In this document: piece after piece, positions 42,817 to 53,400 of the stretch
Position numbering within the stretch: position 1 is the stretch's first letter
Layout: each line of letters opens with the position of its first letter
Assembly: GCA_040770465.1 (NCBI GenBank)
Contig: JAXGJB010000003.1
Span: 32,001-96,000 of the forward strand
Length of the DNA stretch: 64,000 nucleotides
Reading direction: 5' to 3'
DNA from: Methanothrix sp.
GTDB taxonomy: Archaea > Halobacteriota > Methanosarcinia > Methanotrichales > Methanotrichaceae
The notes under the pieces: generated by a model
What the model was told of the DNA's origin: nothing
What the model saw: the letters and a program-made list of their open reading frames with translations, nothing else
The model's database searches: none
Made by a program: the position numbers and the translations under genes

Positions 42817-43929
42817 ATGAACAGATCAGCATCACCAAATTCAAATAACGTCCTGGCCCTCTCGGCGGCCGTCCTCGTCTTTCTCGCCCTCGGCCCAGCA
42901 AATTTCGCCTCGGCCGCTGGCTGGGAGAATATACCAGATCTGCCCCGCACCATCAACAGCCTCCTCGCGGACGCTGATAGCCCGGGGGTCGTCTACGCCG
43001 GGACCGGCCTATCGGGGTCTGGAAGCGGAGTCTTCAAGAGCGAGGAATCGGGGGCGAACTGGAGCCTCGCCTCCGAGGGGCTGGCCGGCGGGGACGTCAA
43101 GTCCCTGGCCATGGCGGGAGGCACCCTTTACGCCGCCGTCAGCAGCGGCTACATTTACGCCAGCTCCGACGGGGCCGCGAGCTGGGAGCAGCTCGGCTTC
43201 TTCGGGTACGCCGGCTTCAACCCCCGCCTGGACATAGCCGGAAGCGATGAGAGCGTCATCTTCGTCGCCAACGACGTCCGGGGGGCCGCCTTCAGCACCG
43301 ACGGCGGTTACACCTGGCTTTCTACAGAAGGAGGTCTTCCGAAGGACGAGAACGGCGGGACGAACGTCCAGTCCGTCGCCATCGATCCGAACGACTCCCA
43401 GGTCGTCTACCTGGGAACGGGATGGAGCGGGTTTGCCGGCAACGGGGTCTACAAGTCGATGGACGGCGGAGCTACCTGGAGCCCCGCGAACCGCGGGATG
43501 CTCGACTACTCCATAGCATCACTGGCGATCGATCCGTCAAACTCCCAGATCATATACGCCGGCGGGTACGAAGGAGACCTCTTCAAGAGCACCGACGGGG
43601 CAGCGACCTGGACCGACCTGACGGATGGGATACCCCTCGATGAGCATGATCGATCCAGCATCAAAGAGATCCTCCTGGACCCGGCAGATCCAGAGGCGGT
43701 GTATATACTCTCCGAGCGGGCGGGGGTCTTCGCAAGCCAAGACGGCGGGTCGAGCTGGAACGTCCTGGGATCTCCGACGGAGGTCGAGTACGCCGCATTC
43801 ACCGCCATGACCGTGATCTTCGAGCCGGATCCGGCGTTGGTGGTGGGGATCAGGGACGAAGGCGGGTGGTGGCGCGCCCTGGATCGACCATTCGCTCAGG
43901 AAGATGCCGGGGTGACCTCGACCGATTAA
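42817..43929 (+). CDS. Secreted BNR/Asp-box beta-propeller protein
   Basis: Repeated S-x-D-G-G/A-x-T/S-W Asp boxes and AIDP..SQ..Y motifs; signal peptide. Confidence 0.85.
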   Translation: MNRSASPNSNNVLALSAAVLVFLALGPANFASAAGWENIPDLPRTINSLLADADSPGVVYAGTGLSGSGSGVFKSEESGANWSLASEGLAGGDVKSLAMAGGTLYAAVSSGYIYASSDGAASWEQLGFFGYAGFNPRLDIAGSDESVIFVANDVRGAAFSTDGGYTWLSTEGGLPKDENGGTNVQSVAIDPNDSQVVYLGTGWSGFAGNGVYKSMDGGATWSPANRGMLDYSIASLAIDPSNSQIIYAGGYEGDLFKSTDGAATWTDLTDGIPLDEHDRSSIKEILLDPADPEAVYILSERAGVFASQDGGSSWNVLGSPTEVEYAAFTAMTVIFEPDPALVVGIRDEGGWWRALDRPFAQEDAGVTSTD

Positions 43930-44040
43930 TTGGACGGATGAGCGCCGGGCTTTCTCCGATCTCGACGACGTGATCATGGGGTCGGGAGGGGGGGCTGCGC
44001 CGCACCGGCCCCTCGACCACTCATTCACGTTTCGGCCAAC

Positions 44041-44048
44041 TTTAAATA
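44041..44048 (+). promoter_or_regulatory. Putative TATA box
   Basis: TTTAAATA 35-42 nt upstream of the ThiC-family start codon. Confidence 0.5.
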
Positions 44049-44082
44049 CGACCTTCTCGGGACAAATTCGGTGTGATGGTTC

Positions 44083-45366
44083 ATGGGACTTATTGAAGAC
44101 GCCAGAGCCGGCCGGATAACAGCTGAGATGGAGATCGTGGCAAAAGACGAGGGCCTGACCCCTGAGTTCATAAGGCGGGGGATCGCCAGCGGCACCATCG
44201 TGATACCGGTCAGCCCCTATCGAGAGGTTCGATTCTGCGGGATAGGAAAGGGGCTGCGGACGAAGGTTAACGCCACCGTCGGCACCAGCAGCGACATCGT
44301 CGACGTCGAGATGGAGGTCGAGAAGGCGAGGGCCGCCGAGGATGCGGGAGCCGACACCCTGATGGAGCTATCCACCGGGGGCGACTTCTTTGAGATCAGA
44401 AAGAGGGTGATCGAGAGCACGAGCCTATCGGTCGGGTCCGTCCCCCTCTACCAGGCCTTCATCGAGGCGATAAGAAAGCACGGTTCAGGCGTCGATATGA
44501 CCGAGGACGACCTATTCCGGATCACCGAGGAGCAGGCGAAGCTCGGGACGAACTTCATGGCGATCCACACCGGGATCAACAGGATCTGCATCGACCGGAT
44601 CAGAAAGCAGGGCGGCCGGTTTGGAGGCCTCTGCAGCCGGGGCGGCGCCTTCATGGTCGCCTGGATGCTCCACAACGACAAGGAGAACCCCCTCTATAGC
44701 GATTTCGACTACCTTCTGGAGATCTTAAAAGAGCACCAGGTCACCCTCAGCATGGGCAACGGCTTTCGGGCAGGCGCCGTCCACGACGCCACCGACCGGG
44801 CCCAGATCCAGGAGCTGATAATCAACAGCGAGCTGGCGGACCAGGCTCATGACTTCGGTGTCCAGACGATCGTCGAGGGGCCGGGCCACATCCCCGTCGA
44901 CGAGATCGAGGCGAACGTCAAGGTGATGAAGCGGCTCTCGGGGGAGAAGCCCTTCTACATGCTGGGACCTCTGGTCACCGACATCGCCCCGGGGTACGAC
45001 CATCTGGTGGCGGCGATAGGCGCCAGCATCTCCAGCGCCAGCGGGGCCGACTTCATCTGCTACGTAACCCCTGCAGAGCATCTGGCCCTCCCCAACGTCC
45101 AGGACGTAAAGGAGGGTGTGATGGCCTCAAGGATCGCAGCTCACGTCGGCGACATGATCAAGAACGGGACCCGCGACCAGGACCTGGCCATGGGCAGGGC
45201 CCGGCGGGACATGCTCTGGCGAGAGCAGTTCGACCTCGCCATCGATCCTGAGACGGCGAAGATGATACGGTCCGAGAGGGCCCCGGCCGACGGCAAGGTC
45301 TGCACCATGTGTGGAGACTTCTGCGCCCACAAGATAGTGGCGGAGAATATAGACCTCCGCCGGTGA
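44083..45366 (+). CDS. ThiC-family radical SAM enzyme (ThiC or BzaF/BzaB-like 5-hydroxybenzimidazole synthase)
   Basis: RTKVNATVGTS, GADTLMELS, EGPGH, CYVTPAEHL, C-terminal CTMCGDFC. Confidence 0.92.
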   Translation: MGLIEDARAGRITAEMEIVAKDEGLTPEFIRRGIASGTIVIPVSPYREVRFCGIGKGLRTKVNATVGTSSDIVDVEMEVEKARAAEDAGADTLMELSTGGDFFEIRKRVIESTSLSVGSVPLYQAFIEAIRKHGSGVDMTEDDLFRITEEQAKLGTNFMAIHTGINRICIDRIRKQGGRFGGLCSRGGAFMVAWMLHNDKENPLYSDFDYLLEILKEHQVTLSMGNGFRAGAVHDATDRAQIQELIINSELADQAHDFGVQTIVEGPGHIPVDEIEANVKVMKRLSGEKPFYMLGPLVTDIAPGYDHLVAAIGASISSASGADFICYVTPAEHLALPNVQDVKEGVMASRIAAHVGDMIKNGTRDQDLAMGRARRDMLWREQFDLAIDPETAKMIRSERAPADGKVCTMCGDFCAHKIVAENIDLRR

Positions 45367-45419
45367 TATGCCCCACCGATGATATACCTCACCGATGATA
45401 GATCTGCATCGGGTGATTC

Positions 45420-45884
45420 TCACTTTCCGAGGAGGCTGGCGAGGAAGCTGAGGACTGCGGTGCTGGAGAGGGCCGCCGCCACCTTCAGCCTGGCCGACCA
45501 GGTCGTGCCTTCGATGGAGATCTCGCCGTTGTCCTTCGCCTCCTCAAAGGCGGCGGCCGGGTCGTCCGACTCGATGACCCTGGTGATCGCATCCTCCGTG
45601 GCGTTCACGACGATCGTCGGGTCTTCGATCTCTCCAGCCGTCGTGTTCACAACCAGGCCGTCCTTCGTATCGAGGCCCGCCAATAAGACGGTCCCGTCCG
45701 ACTTTGATACCTCTATCTGGACCCTTTCATCTCCGAGGAGGGCCTTCAATATGTCCGGGGCGTTTTCGGCGCCCTGGTTGTAGACGTCGACTCCGTGCTG
45801 AATGTCTTCAAAGGCGATGGCAAAGCCCGGAGCCGACGAGGCGAACGCCAAGCTCGCCGCCAGGATGAAGATCTTCATTATCAT
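45420..45884 (-). CDS. Small secreted hypothetical protein (SCP2-like fold possible)
   Basis: Signal peptide; DPTIVVNATEDAI...DPAAAF...GEISIEG resembles the SCP2-like C-terminus. Confidence 0.6.
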   Translation of the reverse strand: MIMKIFILAASLAFASSAPGFAIAFEDIQHGVDVYNQGAENAPDILKALLGDERVQIEVSKSDGTVLLAGLDTKDGLVVNTTAGEIEDPTIVVNATEDAITRVIESDDPAAAFEEAKDNGEISIEGTTWSARLKVAAALSSTAVLSFLASLLGK

Positions 45885-45996
45885 AATCGTCCATATTCCC
45901 CCTCAGCGATAATAGCCTTTTCAATCGAAAGAATCTCTCCGGGATCCGAAGCTCGGCGAATCTTTAAGTAGGTTCTTGTCCGATGGTATTTCCGGT

Positions 45997-47082
45997 ATGG
46001 ATATCCTGGTTCTCTGCATCGATAGAGACGACGACCTGGGCCGGAAGGCCAGGATCGAGAGCCCCGTCGTCGGGAGGGCCGCCAACATCGAGGCGACTTT
46101 GAAGCTTGGCCTCGCTGACCCCGAGGATTCGGACGTCAATACTATCCTCGGCGGAATCAAGGTCTACGACGACCTCGCCTCCCAGGGGAAGGCGGTCGAG
46201 ATAGCCTCGGTGGCGGGAGACCCCAACGTCGGCCTGATCTCGGACGGCAAGATCGCCCACCAGATAGACGCCCTAATCGAGAGGTTCTCTCCCGAGGGGG
46301 TGGTGGTGGTATCCGACGGGGCGGAGGACGAGGCGATCCTGCCGATAATCCAGTCCCGGGTGAAGGTCGACGGTGTGAAAAGGGTTCTCGTAAAGCAGAG
46401 CCACAACCTTGAGAGCACCTACTACCTTTTGAAGCAGGTCTTCAGGGACCCGAAGATCAGCCACACCTTCTTCATACCCGTAGGCCTTGCCCTTCTCATA
46501 TACTCGACCTTCAGCTTCCTCGGAAGGTCGGACTTCGCCGTGGTCGCCATCCTCGCCGCCGTCGGGGTCTACCTCCTCTTTCGAGGCCTCGGCCTCGACG
46601 ACTTCATGGACAGCACCAAGCAGACCTTCAAGGGGAACCTCTATCGAGGAAAGGTGGCCTTCATCACTTACGTCCTCGCCGCGGCCCTGGTCCTCATCGC
46701 CACCATCCAGGGGTCGGCGAAGTTCTGGGACTACTACACAGGCGAGATCTGGTACGGCTACATAGTTCTGATAATGGTATTCGTCAACCACAGCGTATGG
46801 TGGTACGTCGCCGCGGGGATCTGTGTCAACCTCGGAAAGATCCTGGACCTCTACATCGAGGGGGTGGGAGACGAGAGGTCTTACTCGTACCCCTTCTTCA
46901 TCTTCGCCACAGGTTTGATCTTCTGGTCGGCCTCCGTCTTCATCCTGGTGAACAGCGCTGACATGGACCTGCCTCTCATCTCGGGGTCGAGCACCGAGTA
47001 CCTGGCCGTCTCCGCGGCTCTGGCCATAACCATCGCCCTCGTCGGGGTGAAGGTCTCCCGGAGGATGGTGGGCGGGAGATGA
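45997..47082 (+). CDS. DUF373 family membrane protein
   Basis: LVLCIDRDDDLG, LADPEDSDVN, VSDGAEDE, PIIQSR, VKQS..LESTYY. Confidence 0.88.
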   Translation: MDILVLCIDRDDDLGRKARIESPVVGRAANIEATLKLGLADPEDSDVNTILGGIKVYDDLASQGKAVEIASVAGDPNVGLISDGKIAHQIDALIERFSPEGVVVVSDGAEDEAILPIIQSRVKVDGVKRVLVKQSHNLESTYYLLKQVFRDPKISHTFFIPVGLALLIYSTFSFLGRSDFAVVAILAAVGVYLLFRGLGLDDFMDSTKQTFKGNLYRGKVAFITYVLAAALVLIATIQGSAKFWDYYTGEIWYGYIVLIMVFVNHSVWWYVAAGICVNLGKILDLYIEGVGDERSYSYPFFIFATGLIFWSASVFILVNSADMDLPLISGSSTEYLAVSAALAITIALVGVKVSRRMVGGR

Positions 47083-47152
47083 GGTTGATCTCGACCTATC
47101 CGTCGCTCCTCTCCCCGTCGATTTTTCTGTTGATCTCTACGGAGATGTTCTT

Positions 47153-48052
47153 CTGATCGAGATCGAGACGAGCGGAGAAAGCTGCCTCTGCGATTTCACA
47201 TTCGACTTCTACTGGCAGCACCAGGGCTCTCGACTGGATCCAGACCAGCCAGTATGCGATCCATATACCCATCGGCATCTGGTGGAGGCGCTGAGGCGGG
47301 GCGAAACGGTGCGTATCCGGGGGGACGTCGGCGGCCGGCTGGCTTCCAGCCTCGGTGTCGACCTCGCCAGCTTCGGCGGGGGCGGAGGCCCCATCGAAGA
47401 GGCGGGCTCCATCATCGTCGACGGAGACGTCGGCCCCCGGATGGGGATCAGCATGATCCGGGGCTCGATCTACGTCAGCGGAAGCGTCGCTGCGCCCCTG
47501 GGGAACGTAGTCGAGGTCGAGTCGGATCTGGCCGGATACCGGAAGTACGTCTCGATAACGGAGGTTTTGGAGCGGGGCGGCCGGGTCGGCGATGTCGGCG
47601 AGCCGAACAGTCTCGACGACGAAAAGCTCGTCCTCAACGACGGCCTACCGAGGGAGACCCTGGCGGCGCGGTCCCGAGCAAAGAGGGCGTTGAGGGTGGA
47701 GGGGGACGCCGGGATGAGCGCGGGGATCCTGATGAGGTCGGGCCTCCTGGAGGTAAGGGGCGATGCCGGGAGGAACACCGGGGTTCTGATGAGAGGGGGG
47801 AGGCTCGTCGTATCCGGTCGGTGCGACGACTTCACCGCCGCCGAGATGAGGGGGGGCGAGATCTTCGTCGCCGGCGATGCCGGAGGCTTCATCTGCGCCA
47901 AGATGACCGGAGGCGCCGTCTACGCCCTCAGAGGAAAGCCGATCCCTCCGGCACGGGCCTCGGCGCTAAAGGGTGGGGAGGCCGCCCTGGTCTCGAAGGT
48001 CCTGGGCGTCAGCTCCTTTTCGGCGATGACGTACAAGAAGTTCGGGCTGTGA
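47153..48052 (+). CDS. FwdC/GXGXG beta-helix family protein
   Basis: Repeated GDVG/GDAG...M.GG.I.V.G units; the open frame extends upstream of GTG 47282 through CLCDFTFDFYWQHQG to a CTG at 47153 preceded by GGAG. Confidence 0.8.
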   Translation: MIEIETSGESCLCDFTFDFYWQHQGSRLDPDQPVCDPYTHRHLVEALRRGETVRIRGDVGGRLASSLGVDLASFGGGGGPIEEAGSIIVDGDVGPRMGISMIRGSIYVSGSVAAPLGNVVEVESDLAGYRKYVSITEVLERGGRVGDVGEPNSLDDEKLVLNDGLPRETLAARSRAKRALRVEGDAGMSAGILMRSGLLEVRGDAGRNTGVLMRGGRLVVSGRCDDFTAAEMRGGEIFVAGDAGGFICAKMTGGAVYALRGKPIPPARASALKGGEAALVSKVLGVSSFSAMTYKKFGL

Positions 48053-48087
48053 TCCGTTGGTGCACCATCGCTATCGTTTCGTTTTTT

Positions 48088-50253
48088 TCACGTGAATGAA
48101 TACAATTCCAGCATCGTACTCTCACATGGTATCGTAGTTGGTATCTCACACACGTCACCGGATACGTCGCAGCCGCTGAGGACCTCTGCCTCGGTCACAT
48201 TGAAGGAACCTGGTGGATCGCTCTTCAACATGTTCATTTCTAAAGATGAGGTGCAATTGGCCATGACCCAACTGTCACCATAACCGCCCATCACCTCAGC
48301 GAAGCTGATCAGTTCAGGGCAGTTGTTGTCGGTGACGTTGAGGCAGAAGGTGATGGTTGTTACGTCGCCTATCGAAAGGTGCGTAAGAGTCCATCTGGCG
48401 GAACCCTCTGTCAGATATGTAGGCCTGATCGACGAGCCAAAGAACTCGGATTCTGGCGGGAAGATGTCTCTTACATAGATCGGGCCAAGGGCTGCATTCC
48501 CATCGTTCTCCAATGTGATCGAGTATTTAGCGATGGTCACCTCAGGGAGCTGGTATAATGTGGCAGTTTTATTAATCTTCAGATGAGGCCTATCGTATTT
48601 TGGTATCCCTTTGACGAGGATCGACATCCCAAGGGAGTATTCGCCCTCATACTGCTCATCCACTTCTGCCAGATCCCCAACGACCGATCTATATCTGGCC
48701 ACGCCCGAGAAGTTCGCCTCGGTCACCATCTCGTTAAGGCCCCTGGCCACCGTCTCCTTGTCTAGCTTGGTAGCGCCGGTGTACTCCTCGCCGATGAAGC
48801 TCAATCCACTATTTCTTGAGTAAATGCCCTCTTTCCAGGCCGTCGATTGATTGAGGACGAAATCGTCGGTCAGGCTCAAGTTTACGGGAGCGTATACGAG
48901 GCTTAAGTCCTTGGCGATGTAGTTTGTGTGAGTTCTTATCAGCTCCTCCGATTCGTAGGTGCCGGTGCCGTATTCGTATGTTCTCTGAGAATCTCTGACC
49001 TTTTTATCTTCAGAGGCGAATCCAGATCCTGAAACCGATTTATCGGAGTCGACGCTGTAAAAATCGTTGATGTAGAGATATTCTCCATAGCAGCTGTACT
49101 CGTCGATCCTCTCTTGAACTCTGAAGCTTCCGACGTAATCTTCTCTGGACTCGAAGTTCTGAGAACTTTGAATTGCATCGGGTGAAGGAGACGTTCTGAG
49201 AAATCCGATGTGGCCCATCCCCTCGAACTCGGAATCGATCTCTATGACAGACCCATTAACGTCGAGCTCCATCCGAGATTCTCTATCGATAGAGGCGGCG
49301 TGCCGATAGGACTCGCTCATTGAAGCTCCAGTCACTCGATTCTTGGCGCAGGCCTCTCCAGTCCATCGCGAGCTGAAGCTCAACGTCCTGTTGTTGTAGA
49401 GGGCTATCGAAGTCGGTTCGAAGGTCGAAGATGCGTCTTTGTCCATTTTGATGGAGCTGTTATCCGATTTCAACGAAATCAGCTCTTCGCTCTCATATAT
49501 TCCGCTTCCGTGTTCCTTGGTGGCGAGATCGGCATTCAGCCCCGCCACAACAGTCACGATTGCACAGTTTGAGATCGTCGGCGTCTCGTCGGAAGAGACG
49601 TAAACAAAATTCTCGATGACATAGGGCTCGAAGGTTGAGGAGTAATCGTTGTCGACTTTGACGAACCCCGACCCGGAAACTCCCTCGTCCATGCCGAACT
49701 CGAGTTCCTTCCTTACGGGGACCTTCACGACATAGGAGATATTCAGAGATCTGCCGCTGGCCAGCGAATCGAAGCACCAGGTATAGCCAGGCTCGGGTTC
49801 GGGATGAGCACATACGAACTCAACGCTACATTGATCACCATCTATCTGGAAGACGTCCCTCACCTGGACGTTGTGGACAGCGACTTCGCCGACGTTCTTA
49901 ATCTCGATAATGTACTCGATTTCCTCTCCATCAGCGGTCAAATTCTTGGATGCGGTCTTTTTTACCGTCAAGTTGGCGGAGGGGCATTCCTCCACAGACG
50001 AAGGGGCCAAAGGCTGGCGATTCTGCGAATTTTCGTCGGAGCTTTGTGTGGCGTTATCAAATTCTGAAACGATTGAGGTCGTAGGGTCGAATTCGTGATC
50101 CTCTACAGAATCGTTTGTGGCCAGAGCAGACCCTAATCCTATGAGCAAAAAGCAAGCCAAGGCCAGCCCAGGCAGCAAATAGCTCTTGAGACGGAACCGA
50201 TTGTGCAAGATCTCCCTCCAATACCGATTGACTTTTGACAGAATGCATCTCAT
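48088..50253 (-). CDS. Secreted DUF11-domain protein
   Basis: Hydrophobic N-terminal segment; two DUF11-like units (LTVKKTAS...IEYIIEIKNVG...VRD and LKINKTA...YSITLENDG...VRDIFP). Confidence 0.75.
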   Translation of the reverse strand: MRCILSKVNRYWREILHNRFRLKSYLLPGLALACFLLIGLGSALATNDSVEDHEFDPTTSIVSEFDNATQSSDENSQNRQPLAPSSVEECPSANLTVKKTASKNLTADGEEIEYIIEIKNVGEVAVHNVQVRDVFQIDGDQCSVEFVCAHPEPEPGYTWCFDSLASGRSLNISYVVKVPVRKELEFGMDEGVSGSGFVKVDNDYSSTFEPYVIENFVYVSSDETPTISNCAIVTVVAGLNADLATKEHGSGIYESEELISLKSDNSSIKMDKDASSTFEPTSIALYNNRTLSFSSRWTGEACAKNRVTGASMSESYRHAASIDRESRMELDVNGSVIEIDSEFEGMGHIGFLRTSPSPDAIQSSQNFESREDYVGSFRVQERIDEYSCYGEYLYINDFYSVDSDKSVSGSGFASEDKKVRDSQRTYEYGTGTYESEELIRTHTNYIAKDLSLVYAPVNLSLTDDFVLNQSTAWKEGIYSRNSGLSFIGEEYTGATKLDKETVARGLNEMVTEANFSGVARYRSVVGDLAEVDEQYEGEYSLGMSILVKGIPKYDRPHLKINKTATLYQLPEVTIAKYSITLENDGNAALGPIYVRDIFPPESEFFGSSIRPTYLTEGSARWTLTHLSIGDVTTITFCLNVTDNNCPELISFAEVMGGYGDSWVMANCTSSLEMNMLKSDPPGSFNVTEAEVLSGCDVSGDVCEIPTTIPCESTMLELYSFT

Positions 50254-50460
50254 AGATAATGTTTTGCTGATTACAACTCTGCCAAGATGAAATTATTCTT
50301 TAATCGATGAAAATTTAATCTAATTTAAAAATAAAATACTCGGCCAACAAATCTCCATAGCTGGTGATTCATGGGCGGATTCTGGATATAAGTGAGCGGC
50401 CCCGTAGCAGCAGTGGTTCTTTCAGTGGATCTCACCCCCCTCCCCCCACACACCAGCGCC

Positions 50461-53400
50461 TCAGTCTCTCAACCTCACCCCCGTGACGATGGCCTCATCA
50501 GCCTCGGAATCTCGCCCGAGAGCCCTGAGGGCGATCCCCTTGTTGATCCAGGCGTCCGACAGCTCCGGGTCCAGCTCCAGGGCTCGCTCATAAAGCTCCA
50601 GAGCCCCGGTGTAGTTGCCCGATAGGTAGAGCATCCATCCCTCGTCGTTCAGAGCCTCGGCGTCGGAAAGCCCCAGCTCCCTGGACTTGTTTAGGGCTTC
50701 TGACGCCTCCGAATGGCGGCCGAGCGCCTGAAGGGAGAAGTACTTGCAGTGCCATGCGTCTGGGTCCGACTGGTTCAGTTCGATGCATTCGTTGTAGGAG
50801 GCAAGAGCGTCATCATATTCTCCCAGAGCATAGAAGGCGTCGCCTTTATCTCTCCAAACATCTTCATCTTTTGGATCTTGGTCGATTGCGTTGTCATATG
50901 CATCGATAGATTCGCTGTAATTACCAGCGAGTAGGCTGGTAAGGCCTTTGTTGTTCCAGGCACGTCTATACTCGTGATCCAGCCTGATAGCTTCTTCGTA
51001 GGCATGGATGGCGGCGTAATAGTTTCCTTGATACTCAAGAGCGACGCCCTTGTTATTCCAGAAATCGGCATCCTCGGGATCCAGCCTGATGGCTTCGTTG
51101 AAGGCTTGGATCGCCTCGGTGAAGTTGCCACCATCTAATAGCGTACACCCTTTATTATACCAGATATCGGCGTTATCAGGATCCAGCTCGATGGCCTCAT
51201 CGTAAGCCTGGATGGCCTCGGTGTAGTTGCCCAGATGACTGAGAGCATTCCCTTTGTTGGACCAGACATCGGCATCCTCGGCGTCCAATCGGATGGCTTC
51301 GTCGTAAGCCTTTGCGGCTTCGTCATACTTGCCAAGGTTCTTGAGAGCTAAGCCTTTGTTGTTCCAAGCCCACGTAAATTCGGGATCCAACCTAATAGCT
51401 TCGTCATAAGCCTGAATAGCTCCGGAATAATCTCCCTTATCAGCCAATACTAGACCTTTGCCATTCCATGGGTTTGCCCATACCGGATCTAATCTGATGG
51501 CCTCGTCGAAACATCTCATGGCTCCGGTGTTATTGCCCAACGAATAGAGACCCCAGCCTTTGTTGTTCCATGGAGCTGCCCAGTCCGGATCGATCCTGAT
51601 AGCTTGGTCGTAGCATTGGATGGCTTCGGTGAAGTTCTCCAAATCGTAGAGCACATCGCCTTTGTTATTCCAAGGATTTGCCCAATCTGGATCTAGCCTG
51701 ATGGCCTCGTCGTAAGCCTGGATGGCCTCGGTGTAGTTGCCCATACGAGACAGTGCTAAGCCTTTTCCGTTCCATGGAGTTGCCCACTCCGGATCTAATC
51801 TGATGGCTTCGTCGCAAGCTTCGATGGCTTCGGTATAATTGCCCAAATCCGCTAGTACAAATCCCTTATTATTCCATGGATTTGCCCACTCCGGATCTAG
51901 CCTGATGGCCTCATCGTAAGCTTTGATGGAGTCGGTGTAGTTGCCTATATGAGACAGTGCTAAGCCTTTCCCGTTCCATGGAGTTGCCCATTCTGGATCT
52001 AACCATATGGCTTGGTTGTAAGCTTCGATGGCTTCGGTATAATTGCCCAAATCCGCCAATGCGAAGCCCTTATTCTTCCATGGAGTCGCCCATTCCGGAT
52101 CTAACCTGATGGCCTCATTGTAGCATTGGATGGCTTCGGTATAATTGCCCAGATCATCGAGAACATCTCCTTTGTTGTTCCAGGCAGTGGAATACTCGGG
52201 ATCTAGCCTGAGGGACTCGTCGAAAGCCTGTATGGCCTCGGAATAGTTGCCTTGTTCATGGAGAGCAATGCCTTTGCTCATCCAGGCGTTGGCATATTCG
52301 GGATCGATGCGGATGGCCTCATCGTAAGCTCTGATGGCTTCGGTGTAGTTTTCTAGCGAGTATAGGGCCCAGCCTTTGCCCGTCCAGGCCATGGCAGACT
52401 CAGGATCTAGCCTGATGGCTTCGTCATAGGCCTGGATCGCTTCGTCGTACTTGCCTTGATTATAGAGAGCAATGCCTTTGTCATACCAGGCTATGACAAA
52501 CTCAGGATCGAGCCTGATGGCTTCGTCAAACGCTTGGATCGCCTCGTCGTACTTGCCCTGCATTATGAGAGCGGCACCTTTGCCAAACCAGGGACTGGCA
52601 TATTCAGGATCTAGGCGTATGGCTTCGTCACATGCCTGGATTGCTTCGTCGTACCTGCCCTGACCATAGAGAGCAATGCCTTTGCGATTCCAGGCTTCGG
52701 CATACTCGGGATCGAGCCTGGTGGCTTCGTCAAACGCTTGGATCGCCTCGTCGTACTTGCCCTGCATTATGAGAGCTTTGCCTTTGTTATGCCAGACCTC
52801 GGCATCTTCGGGATCGATGCGGATGGCCTCATCGTAAGCCTTGATGGACTCTGTGTAGTTTTCCAACGAGTATAGAGCCAAGCCTTTGTTATTCCAAGCA
52901 TTAACATATTCAGGATCCAGCTTGATGGCCACATCGTAGCATCTGATGGCTTCTGTGTAGTTGCCCAGGTAGTCGAGAGCACTTCCTTTCCCATTCCAGG
53001 CATGGGCGTACTCGGGATCGATCCTGATGGTCTCATTGTAACATGCGATGGCCTCAGAGTAGTTGCCCAAATTCCTGAGAGCCAGGCCTTTGTTGTTCCA
53101 AGGATGGACGAATTCAGGATCTAGCCTGATGGCCTCGTCGTAGCAGAGGATGGCCCCAGTGTAGTTTCTCTGGCCATAGAGAGCATTTCCTTTGCCATTC
53201 CAGGCGTGGACATATTCGGGATCGATCCTGATGGCCTCATCGTAGCATTTTATGGCTTCAGTGTAGTTGCCCAGATCATCGAGAGCATCGCCTTTGTTGT
53301 TCCATGCATGGACGTACTCGGGATTTATCCTGATGGCTTCATCGTAAACTTGGATCGCTTCAGTGTAGTTTTCCTGATCTGCGAGAGCGAGGCCTTTGTT

